Source: Candidatus Zipacnadia bacterium | GTDB lineage: Bacteria; Armatimonadota; Zipacnadia; Zipacnadales; UBA11051 | Direction of reading: 5' to 3' | NCBI GenBank assembly: GCA_029821145.1 | Contig: JALGTY010000001.1 | Coordinates: forward strand, 1 to 48,795 | Length of the DNA: 48,795 nt | Part shown: in pieces, positions 1-8,033 of the stretch | How the letters are laid out: every line of letters begins with the position of its first letter | How positions within the stretch are numbered: position 1 is the stretch's first letter | Position numbers and translations under genes: made by a program | Notes under the pieces: generated by a model | What the model saw: the letters and a program-made list of their open reading frames with translations, nothing else | Told to the model about the DNA's origin: nothing | Databases searched by the model: none

Positions 1-19
1 GGGGACAACGACAACGCCA

Positions 20-42
20 TCGGGCTGGAAAGCCCGACCTAC
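20..42 (-). repeat. GTAG-type REP-like palindrome
   Basis: Minus strand reads GTAG-G-TCGGGCT-TTCC-AGCCCGA: GTAG foot plus a 7-bp hairpin, just downstream of the RseB-like gene. Confidence 0.6.
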
Positions 43-112
43 GGGTTCAGGGATACTGCGGGCTGGAGGGGCTCAGAAGTCCGTGCCGCCCTGTCGCATA
101 CTATCAGCCACT

Positions 113-1378
113 TTACGCAGCTCCTCGGCGGACACCTCTCCGGCCACTATGATGCCCAGGCTGCCGACCCGGAAGCGGATAATCTTGCCTCGCAGCCGGC
201 TGCGCATCATCCCGCCTCCCCATTCGCCCCGCTGCTGCCTGTCTGGCTGCTGCTGCAGGCGTGATTCGCCGCCACGAGGGCCTTGTTGCCGCCCACCACG
301 CTCCGCGTCGCCCTGTCGCTGCTGCCCACGTTCCGTGCCGCCTTGTCTCAGGCCGCGTTCTGCACGGCCCTGGCGTGGGCCGCGTCCTGGTTCGGTCCGC
401 TGGTCCTGAGCCTCGCGCCGCTGCTGCCAGCGCTCTCTCCCAGCGCTCTCTCAGTTCCTCGTGCCGCTCTTGCCGGGCACGGGCCTGGTCTGCTCTAGCC
501 TCATCGCGGCCCGGCACCTGCTTTTGTTTCTCCTCCCACGCCTTTCGCATCTGCTCCCGGCCAGGCAGTTTCATTTCTATAATATTCAGCAGCCGCACGC
601 CGTCGCTATAGCGGACTTCGACGGCTTCCCCGCGTTGCCTGTTGTGCGCGTAATAGCCCTGTAGCTCAAAGCCTTCTGGCAGGTATTTCGGCTCCAGCGG
701 CTCTTGACCTAGTACCTCAGCGGCCTTCGCCTTATCAATCTTTTCCGCCTGCTGGAACCGGCCGCGGCCAGTCGGGGCTTTCGGCAGCTTGACCTGTTCG
801 GGGGCCGGTGCGGAGAAGTCAACTGCGGTGTATCGCGTGCTCGAAATCAATTCGCCATCGTGATTATATCGGTCGGCGGCGAGCGGAAATCGGGTCTCTT
901 TGTCTGCCCATATCTCCAGACGAGCCGCAGAGTCCGGATGGGGTCTGATAACGACATTGTCAGTGGGCCGGCCTACTACCCGGCCGCCGGGTGCGACGGT
1001 GACCACGGCTTTCTTCCCCAGCGGCGGCATCTGGTCCAGCGGGTTGCGCGGCAGGCGGCGCACTGCTTTGCCGTCCGGCGCTATCTGCCACACGCTGCCG
1101 CCCTGCTCAATGATCTTCACTCCCTTAGTCTTGCCGGCGGTGAACTCAAGCTGCAGGCGACCGTCGCCGCGACGAATCGTCGCCTGTGCATTGACGTGTC
1201 TGTCACCCAGGCGCACGGCGGTGGTCAGCTCGCCTTTGAGGCTCACTTCGGCCTTGGCGTGTCTGATGTCGCGCACAAGCTCCCGGGCCTCCTCACGCGA
1301 GAGTTCGCGCGGCTTGCATCCACAGATCGCAAGCGCCGCCAGCATCACCAATGCCGCTACCAACAGCCTGTTCTTCAC
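113..1378 (-). CDS. MucB/RseB-like lipoprotein (sigma-E regulatory protein), frameshifted near the C-terminus
   Basis: Lipobox-like ICGC after a signal peptide. LolA/RseB-like region (GGRVVGRPT..RLEIWADKETRFPL, PKYLPEGF, YSDG). Third gene of the ECF operon. The natural-looking C-terminus continues in another frame to TGA at 73-75. Confidence 0.7.
   Translation of the reverse strand: MKNRLLVAALVMLAALAICGCKPRELSREEARELVRDIRHAKAEVSLKGELTTAVRLGDRHVNAQATIRRGDGRLQLEFTAGKTKGVKIIEQGGSVWQIAPDGKAVRRLPRNPLDQMPPLGKKAVVTVAPGGRVVGRPTDNVVIRPHPDSAARLEIWADKETRFPLAADRYNHDGELISSTRYTAVDFSAPAPEQVKLPKAPTGRGRFQQAEKIDKAKAAEVLGQEPLEPKYLPEGFELQGYYAHNRQRGEAVEVRYSDGVRLLNIIEMKLPGREQMRKAWEEKQKQVPGRDEARADQARARQERHEELRERWERALAAAARGSGPADRTRTRPTPGPCRTRPETRRHGTWAAATGRRGAWWAATRPSWRRITPAAAARQAAAGRMGRRDDAQPAARQDYPLPGRQPGHHSGRRGVRRGAA
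427..452. repeat. Perfect 13-bp tandem duplication (CCAGCGCTCTCTC x2) causing a frameshift
   Basis: 427-439 and 440-452 are identical. Confidence 0.95.
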
Positions 1379-1878
1379 GGAATCGCTCCTCCAGCGTTCT
1401 CCGGCTCGATCACGGCCATCGCCAGCGCCAGGGAGGCTTCGTCAGCCAGCGGCTGGTCCCAGGCGGCTGCAATTTGCGTCTCGGCGTAGGTAGTGCCCTC
1501 GGCCATGGCCAACACGGGCAGGTCGGGCGTCAGCGGGGCCGGCGCTTGCAGCACCGGCCATGCCAACAGCACAGCTAGCAGTATCACCGCTGCGGCTGCC
1601 ATCGCCACTGCCGGCTTCCAGTACACGCGCCAGGCCGGTTTGCGTCGCGCCCTCGGCTCAAGCTGTGATCGGATCGCCGGCCAGAGATCTCGCGGCGGAT
1701 CAGTCGCCTGCATCGGCGCAAGCAGAGCACCGGTATTCTCAAGTGCCCTCAGCTCGCGCCGGCAGCTTTCACATTCCTGCAGATGCGCCCGCACGTGAGC
1801 TGCGATGTGCTCTTCCAGGCCCCCGACTGTATAGTCGGGCAGTATTTTCCGGATTTCTGCGCAGTCCATTATCCTCAT
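1375..1878 (-). CDS. Zinc-binding anti-sigma factor (zf-HC2/ZAS) with one TM helix
   Basis: MDCAEIRKILPDY...HLQECESC (HxxxCxxC), then a hydrophobic TM segment. ATG at 1878 overlaps the sigma stop (ATGA); alternative start 1869. The longer ORF start at 2121 lies inside the sigma gene. Confidence 0.88.
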   Translation of the reverse strand: MRIMDCAEIRKILPDYTVGGLEEHIAAHVRAHLQECESCRRELRALENTGALLAPMQATDPPRDLWPAIRSQLEPRARRKPAWRVYWKPAVAMAAAAVILLAVLLAWPVLQAPAPLTPDLPVLAMAEGTTYAETQIAAAWDQPLADEASLALAMAVIEPENAGGAIP

Positions 1879-2441
1879 TCCTCCACATAGGGAGCGAGTT
1901 TGATCCGCAGCGCCTCTCGTCCGCGAGCCAGACGCGACAGCACTGTCCCAACGGGTATTCCCAAGTCCTCGCCGATCTCCGCAACCGGCTTGCCTTCCAG
2001 ATGGTGCATAACTATGACCAGCCTCTGGTCCTCGTTGAGTCGCTGGATCGCTTCCGTGACCTGCCGCTGCTGTTCGGAGGTCTCTAACTGGTCGGCCGGT
2101 CCTGCCCCATCGTCGGCCCATTGCCTGGGCATCTCTTCATCATTCTCGCCATCCAGCGGCTGTGTCGGCCGGTCGGCTCTGAGCCAGTCGCGCGTCAGAT
2201 TCAGGGCTATCATCCGCAGCCAGCCGCCGAATGCCTTCGGCTCCTGTAGCCTGGGTAGTGACCGCCAAGCCCGAATGAAAGTCTCCTGGGTCAGGTCAGC
2301 GGCCGCCTCGTCATTGCCAATCATGTGCCGAATGATGCTATAGATCACGCGCCCATATTGCGAATAGAGCGTGCCGAAAGCTCTTTGGTCGCCTTGCTGA
2401 GCCTTGCCAACCAGTTTTTCGTCTGCTGCCTCAGTGCTCAA
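1875..2441 (-). CDS. ECF (sigma-70 group 4) RNA polymerase sigma factor
   Basis: Region 2 (AADLTQETFIRAW, FGGWLRMIALN) and region 4 (EIGEDLGIPVGTVLSRLARGR); TTG start. Confidence 0.93.
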   Translation of the reverse strand: MSTEAADEKLVGKAQQGDQRAFGTLYSQYGRVIYSIIRHMIGNDEAAADLTQETFIRAWRSLPRLQEPKAFGGWLRMIALNLTRDWLRADRPTQPLDGENDEEMPRQWADDGAGPADQLETSEQQRQVTEAIQRLNEDQRLVIVMHHLEGKPVAEIGEDLGIPVGTVLSRLARGREALRIKLAPYVEE

Positions 2442-2463
2442 GAATCATTGACTCGCAATCTTA

Positions 2464-2491
2464 ATGACGAACTGAAGTCTGTGCAGATTCC
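2464..2491 (-). promoter_or_regulatory. Putative autoregulatory ECF-type promoter
   Basis: Minus strand GGAATC-N16-CGTCAT about 25 nt upstream of the sigma start, matching the generic ECF GGAA..N16..CGT pattern. Confidence 0.5.
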
Positions 2492-2533
2492 GTCATTTGA
2501 GACAAATGCTCTGTGCAGGAGCAATAAATTGCC

Positions 2534-3283
2534 TTATTCGCCTTGTTCTTGCCGGATCTCCCCCGTCATCGGCACAAAGCGAACCGGCAGCACCGATTTC
2601 TTGACGATCTCGCCATTCTCCTTGGTCAGCAGGTAGAGGTGCTGAACTCCGTGCTCCTCGCCGACGGGTATCACCATCCGCCCGCCCTCTTTAAGCTGCT
2701 CCACCAGCGGCTCCGGTATGCGGTTGGGTGCGCAGGTGACGATGATACCGTCGAAGGGGGCATGAGATGGCCAGCCGCGATAGCCGTCACCGGCCCGTAC
2801 CGAGACATTCTCGTAGCCCAGCTCGCGAAGCCTGTCGCGCGCGGAGTGGGCCAGCGGCTCGACGATCTCGATGGAATACACATGCTTGACCAGCTCGGCC
2901 AGCACTGCCGCCTGGTATCCCGAGCCGGTTCCTACTTCGAAAACGACATGCTCCGGCTTGGGCTTGAGCAGCTCCGTCATCAAGGCCACTATCGAGGGCG
3001 CTGATATGGTCTGCTCGTTCCCAATCGGCAGCGGCGTGTCCGCATAGGCATACGGCCGGACTTCCTCCGGGACGAACAGGTGCCGAGGGGTCTTGCGCAT
3101 CGCCGCTATGACGCGCTGCTCCTGCAACTCCCAGCGGGCAACGAGCATATCAACCATGGCGTTTCTTTGCGCGGCCCAGTCCGGCTCGGCGGTCTCCGGT
3201 TCCTTTGCGCATGAAAGCGGGCACACACCAAGCATAGCCAAACCAAGAGCCGCCACAATTCGCAAGCATTTCGGATATGCCAT
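2534..3283 (-). CDS. pcm: Protein-L-isoaspartate O-methyltransferase with an N-terminal signal/lipoprotein-like peptide
   Basis: PRHLFVP, AYADTPLPIG..QTISAP, VFEVGTGSGYQAA, GDGYRGW..APFDGI, VRFVPM. SD AAGGAGGTG precedes ATG 3283. Confidence 0.93.
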   Translation of the reverse strand: MAYPKCLRIVAALGLAMLGVCPLSCAKEPETAEPDWAAQRNAMVDMLVARWELQEQRVIAAMRKTPRHLFVPEEVRPYAYADTPLPIGNEQTISAPSIVALMTELLKPKPEHVVFEVGTGSGYQAAVLAELVKHVYSIEIVEPLAHSARDRLRELGYENVSVRAGDGYRGWPSHAPFDGIIVTCAPNRIPEPLVEQLKEGGRMVIPVGEEHGVQHLYLLTKENGEIVKKSVLPVRFVPMTGEIRQEQGE

Positions 3284-3453
3284 GCACCAACACCTCCTTG
3301 TTGCCAGACATTGTACTGCAGATTGGCACTGCAACCAATACCCCGAGCAGGTGGTGCGATGCCCACGGCGAATAACCCCCAGAATTCCTACCAGGGGAAA
3401 ACGGTTTCTTTTCCCCAAGATGGACACCCACCGACCGCGTTTGCTATAGGCTG

Positions 3454-4299
3454 ATGCCCATGCTTCTCTTGATTGTGATTGTCCTGTGCGGCGCCGGCTT
3501 TGCCCTGACCACGCGCGCGGCACAGCGCAGAGACACCGACACTGTAGCCGTCGGCGCTATCAACTATGCGTTTGCCGCCCTCATCGCCTGGGCGCTTGCC
3601 TCCCTGTCAGAGCCTGCAGCCGCGCCTGAGACTTTGCGGATAGGCATATTGGGCGGCATAACCTATGTGGTAGCATACCTGTTCTTGCTCCCGTCGCTCC
3701 GGCAAAAGGGCACGGCCATCGCCGCGTCTGTCATGCAGCTAGGAGTTCTGGTGCCGATTGCCGGGGCACTGCTGATCTGGGACGAACGCCCGGAGATCAT
3801 TCGTGCCTACGGCATGGTCCTGGCAGTTCTGGCCCTGCCCCTGCTCACGCTTGATAAGGGTGTAAGCAGACAGGCACTGACCCTGGGGCGGGTCATGGTC
3901 CTGGTAGGACTCTTCCTACTCAACGGCTTGGCGATGTTGATCAACACGTGGTTTCATACCACAGGCCTCGAGGGCCAAAGAGCCATGTACCTCGCGATAC
4001 TGTTCAGCGTCGCGGCTGTGGGCTGCGCGGCTGCGTGGCGTACTCGGCCTGAGCGGAAGCTGGGCGTCAAGGAGGCTGCTTGGGGAGCACTGCTGGGCGC
4101 CTTCAACGTGGCGGCTACCTTGCTTACGCTTTATGGCCTGGACCTCTATCCGGCGTCCATCCTGTTTCCTATCACCGCGGCCCTGACTCTCGCCATCATC
4201 ACTGCTTTCGCCGCGATTGCCTGGCGCGAGCTACCGGGAAAGATCGGCTGGGCCGGCATAGCGGCTGCTTTGGCCGCCGTGGTACTTGCCAATATGTAG
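3454..4299 (+). CDS. DMT/EamA family transporter (about 10 TM)
   Basis: 281 aa, hydrophobic throughout, two EamA-like halves (LLIWDERP, AIAWRELP). Confidence 0.8.
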   Translation: MPMLLLIVIVLCGAGFALTTRAAQRRDTDTVAVGAINYAFAALIAWALASLSEPAAAPETLRIGILGGITYVVAYLFLLPSLRQKGTAIAASVMQLGVLVPIAGALLIWDERPEIIRAYGMVLAVLALPLLTLDKGVSRQALTLGRVMVLVGLFLLNGLAMLINTWFHTTGLEGQRAMYLAILFSVAAVGCAAAWRTRPERKLGVKEAAWGALLGAFNVAATLLTLYGLDLYPASILFPITAALTLAIITAFAAIAWRELPGKIGWAGIAAALAAVVLANM

Positions 4300-4308
4300 C
4301 GCGCGTGT

Positions 4309-6987
4309 CTATTTCTCGTAGCTCACCGCGCCCTGCCAGCGGACCACGTGCTCTCCCGTGTGAGTGTGGTGCGGGAAAAACTTATACTGAGCGGTCTGCG
4401 TGTCGGCATCATATTCAAAGCCCGGGTCCTGTGTGGTGACTATCCGGCTCCCCGCGCCGGCTTTTTCGACCGATGCCACCGTGTAGCCGTGTGTCCTCCC
4501 GTCGCCATGATCGAGCACCAGCACCGTTCCGACAGTCGGGCCCACCTGCGTCCAGTCGGCGTCAATCAGCAGCGCCCCACCATCTTCCCCACGCTCGACA
4601 CCGACAAGCCTCGCCTCCCGTGGTGCTCCAATGTCCAGCATGAATTTCCCATAAGATACGAAGCCGGTGGAGTAGGCTCTGATTACCTCGCCCTGGCGGA
4701 TGCGCAACTGGCTCATCGGGCCTGACATCTCGAATCCGACGCCTTCATGGCTGCCTTTGATCTCCGTTGCGAACACGCCTATTATGTCAACAAACTCATC
4801 GGTCTCAACCGCCAGGACCCGGCCATCGCCTTCCGTTTCCAGCACTGACACGGATTTGATGATAGGCGAGCCGCCGACTGGTTCGGCTAAGCTAACAAAG
4901 AGGTTCGCCTCCTCACCACTCGCGCGCCTGATCATCACATAGTGGCGATTGAACTGTTCGAGTTTGGAGTCATCTCGTCCCGCCGGCCTTACCTGCGGAT
5001 TCATTCCGCTGTAAAGCTCGTCCCCGTCCTCGGTCACCAGATAAACGCGAGTGCCCAGGTCTTTATCTTCATACTTGAATTCCGCGAGCTGCACGCCGGC
5101 TGCGGGCCTCCCCACACTGTTGCCGGCCAGGAATCCATAGGCATTGCCCATTGCTGTTATCCAGCCGCCGTGATGTTCGCCTTCGGGCTCTTTCCACTCG
5201 ACGCCCTCGGGCAGCATCGTGTCCAGCGGCTGCATGTGCAGCGGCCCGCCGGCTCCCGCTACTCCAAGGCTTTGTGGCCTGTCGGCGCTGCCGTGGATGA
5301 AGTAGTCGTGCTGCTGGCCGCCCTGCACCAGAAAGGCATCAACAACGTATGCGTTTGCCGGATCTGTCCCGACCATCGCCAGCATCCGGCGATATACCTG
5401 TGCTTTTTCCGGATATACCTGTGGGTTGCTGGCGGCGACCACCTGCATGTCCGGGCTGGTGGCGTCGAAGAATTCCAGCGCGCCGTCCGAAGGCGGCTTG
5501 CTGCCCGCGTACTGATTCTCGCAATCTATCACCACGCTGTTGTGCGAGGCGGTGGCCAAAGTCCAGCCCCGATAGCGAGTGTGGGTATAGCCCAAGTCCG
5601 GCAGCATTTCTTCGCCCTTGGCAAACATCAGCATGCTCAACCCGTCGTAGTGCGTGTGTCCGTAGCCGCCGGACCAGGTGAGATGCACCTGCATCTGGTC
5701 ATCGCCCTGCCCCCGGCCCAAGATGGCATGGCCCAGCGCCGGTAGCAGCACCGGCTCAGATGCGGAAAGCCTCCCCCGGCCGCTGGTGGACCAGGTGTCA
5801 TGCACGGGTGCCAGCCGTCCATTCGGCAGCCGCATACTGTCGAGCGAGGCGATGACCCGGGCCACCATCGGCACCCCTGAGCCCAAGTCCAGGTCGTCCA
5901 GCCGCTTGCCGGTCTCGGGGTGGGTGTAGCCTTCCGGGTCGGAATAGCCCTCGGTCAACTTGAAAACAGACGAGAGGCCGCCGATTACCTGGCTGTGGTA
6001 AGATGGTGCGCCTTCGCGCCAGACGCCGTCGTAGTAGAACTGCTGGGCACAGAAGCGCTCGAGGCGACTGACGACTTCGTGGAGGTACTGTGGCTTCTCC
6101 AGCACCCGTGCGATGACTATCATCCCGCGCCAGGCGACCGGGCTCATATTGCTCAGCGAATCACGGTTGGCCGCGACCTGCTCGGCGGCGGGCAGGAAGA
6201 AATCGTCTTCTACTCGCTGCTTGGCCTCCCCTATCTTTTCCAGTTCGCCGCTTGCATAGATCATGTCATAGGCGTAAACCAGATCAACGGGGATATCCAT
6301 ATATGCCCACCAGTCCCAGCGCGCGGTGCGAAATCCGCCCCGAAAGTCCTTCGGGTCAACCTCGCCCTCGTAGAGTACCTTCTGTCGGAACGGGTAGTCG
6401 AACTTGTATATGTAGTCGGGAAAGGCCTCGGCGAAGCGATTGAGTATGAGTGCTGCTCGGCGCGCATACTCGATTTCGCGGGTCACATGATAGATGTATG
6501 CCATGTAGTAGGCCTGGCCTGCCAACTGCTTGCGTGCATCGTAGTCGCCGAATGACTCGAAGTAGTAGCGATAGCCGTCCTGATCTTCCCAGTAGGGATA
6601 CTTGAGCTTGTTGCCCGCCGGGCTGGTGACTTCCTGAATTCCGGAAACAGGATACTTTTCGCTGGGATACACCTGGCCGCAGTGCAGGCAGTGGACCTGG
6701 TCCGGCTTTTTCGGGTCCCAGGCAAGCCCGTGTTCCTGCTGGCCAGCGGTGCAGTTGGGACAGCCGGTGAAGTAGAAGCCGGCTTGCGTCGGCACCAAGG
6801 ACAGCAGTTGCTGCTCAGGAAGTTGCATGAAGTAGGCTGTTTTCGCCTTCAGTGTGTCAATGTTGTCGGCGTTGTAGCGCGTGTACTCGAAGACTGGATG
6901 TTGTACCTGGCACATACCATTGCTCCCCATAGATACTAGCAATGTGACCGCTGTAATGGACAGTACGAATCGCCTCAAGATCGCCAT
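4309..6987 (-). CDS. Secreted heparinase II/III-like (polysaccharide lyase-type) protein
   Basis: Signal peptide; DGVWREGAPSYH, GYGHTHYDGLSM, LPDLGY and TLATASHNSVVID motifs; SD GGGAG. Confidence 0.8.
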   Translation of the reverse strand: MAILRRFVLSITAVTLLVSMGSNGMCQVQHPVFEYTRYNADNIDTLKAKTAYFMQLPEQQLLSLVPTQAGFYFTGCPNCTAGQQEHGLAWDPKKPDQVHCLHCGQVYPSEKYPVSGIQEVTSPAGNKLKYPYWEDQDGYRYYFESFGDYDARKQLAGQAYYMAYIYHVTREIEYARRAALILNRFAEAFPDYIYKFDYPFRQKVLYEGEVDPKDFRGGFRTARWDWWAYMDIPVDLVYAYDMIYASGELEKIGEAKQRVEDDFFLPAAEQVAANRDSLSNMSPVAWRGMIVIARVLEKPQYLHEVVSRLERFCAQQFYYDGVWREGAPSYHSQVIGGLSSVFKLTEGYSDPEGYTHPETGKRLDDLDLGSGVPMVARVIASLDSMRLPNGRLAPVHDTWSTSGRGRLSASEPVLLPALGHAILGRGQGDDQMQVHLTWSGGYGHTHYDGLSMLMFAKGEEMLPDLGYTHTRYRGWTLATASHNSVVIDCENQYAGSKPPSDGALEFFDATSPDMQVVAASNPQVYPEKAQVYRRMLAMVGTDPANAYVVDAFLVQGGQQHDYFIHGSADRPQSLGVAGAGGPLHMQPLDTMLPEGVEWKEPEGEHHGGWITAMGNAYGFLAGNSVGRPAAGVQLAEFKYEDKDLGTRVYLVTEDGDELYSGMNPQVRPAGRDDSKLEQFNRHYVMIRRASGEEANLFVSLAEPVGGSPIIKSVSVLETEGDGRVLAVETDEFVDIIGVFATEIKGSHEGVGFEMSGPMSQLRIRQGEVIRAYSTGFVSYGKFMLDIGAPREARLVGVERGEDGGALLIDADWTQVGPTVGTVLVLDHGDGRTHGYTVASVEKAGAGSRIVTTQDPGFEYDADTQTAQYKFFPHHTHTGEHVVRWQGAVSYEK

Positions 6988-7013
6988 TGCTCACTCCCGT
7001 TGATGATTTATGT

Positions 7014-7043
7014 TTGACATGTTCTCAAGTAAAGTTCTAAAAT
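7014..7043 (+). promoter_or_regulatory. Sigma70-type promoter for the response regulator
   Basis: TTGACA-N18-TAAAAT in an AT-rich divergent intergenic region. Confidence 0.55.
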
Positions 7044-7207
7044 GACATCGTCAGTGAAGCGCAGCACTAGAGTTCGTTCACAACGGCTTGTTACCTGCTG
7101 GGGCTTTTCGTGAAGAACTTTCGGTAGTTGCAGGCATCGGGCACTTGATAGCCCGACTATGTATCAATAGCTGTGCAAACTTGGGGGGAGGAGCACCAAT
7201 TCCACGC

Positions 7208-7906
7208 ATGAAAAAAGCTAAGATTCTCATCGTAGAAGATGACCCGACCACAATAGAGGTTATCTCGTTGCGCTTGCAGCAGGAAGGCTACGAAACCGAG
7301 GCTTATACTCTCGGCGAGGAGGCGCTGGCCGCCTTCGATGCAGGCGACTTTGACCTGGTGATACTCGACATCATGCTCCCTGACATAGACGGCATATCAG
7401 TCTGTCGCGAAATGCGGCGCAAATCAAATGTGCCCATCATTATGGTGACCGGGCGCGGCGAGAGACTCGACCGCGTGCTGGGGCTGGAGGTCGGGGCCGA
7501 TGACTATGTGGTTAAGCCGTTTATGTCAGAGGAATTGCTTGCCCGAGTGCGCGCCCATCTGCGCCGCGTGACTGAGTATGCCACGAAGGCTGCAACCGAG
7601 CGCTTTGTGACAGCCGGACCGCTGCAGCTCGACATGCACACACATCAAGTTACCAGGGGCGAGCAGGGAATAGATCTCACCCCCACAGAATTCCGGCTCT
7701 TGCTGGCCCTTGTGGAAGCCGAGGGAGCCGTCCTATCAGTTCCCGACTTGTTTCAGAAGGTGTGGAGCCGTGAGGACAGCAACCAGACCCTCATTGAGAC
7801 CCACATCTACAATCTCCGCCGCAAGATCGAAGACAACGCCTCCGCACCCAAGTACGTGCTCACCATCCGTGACGCCGGATATCGCTTCAACACAGAGGCC
7901 GACTGA
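7208..7906 (+). CDS. OmpR/PhoB family response regulator
   Basis: Receiver domain (IVEDD, LDIMLP, GADDYVVKPF) plus winged-helix output (LTPTEFRLL, HIYNLRRKIE, GYRF). ATG 7208 follows GGAGG. Confidence 0.93.
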   Translation: MKKAKILIVEDDPTTIEVISLRLQQEGYETEAYTLGEEALAAFDAGDFDLVILDIMLPDIDGISVCREMRRKSNVPIIMVTGRGERLDRVLGLEVGADDYVVKPFMSEELLARVRAHLRRVTEYATKAATERFVTAGPLQLDMHTHQVTRGEQGIDLTPTEFRLLLALVEAEGAVLSVPDLFQKVWSREDSNQTLIETHIYNLRRKIEDNASAPKYVLTIRDAGYRFNTEAD

Positions 7907-7954
7907 ACCAGTCTTATTGTCTCTTCAAAGCACACAACGCGTCCAAACGAATAC

Positions 7955-7993
7955 AACGGCGGCCCCGGAGAAACCTCGGGGCCGTCGTTTATT
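7955..7993 (+). terminator. Intrinsic terminator between convergent genes
   Basis: AACGGCGGCCCC / GGGGCCGTCGTT stem followed by TATT. Confidence 0.65.
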
Positions 7994-8033
7994 GTCATCA
8001 CAGCTATGCAAGGGAAGGTAAGCTAGCTGCCCG

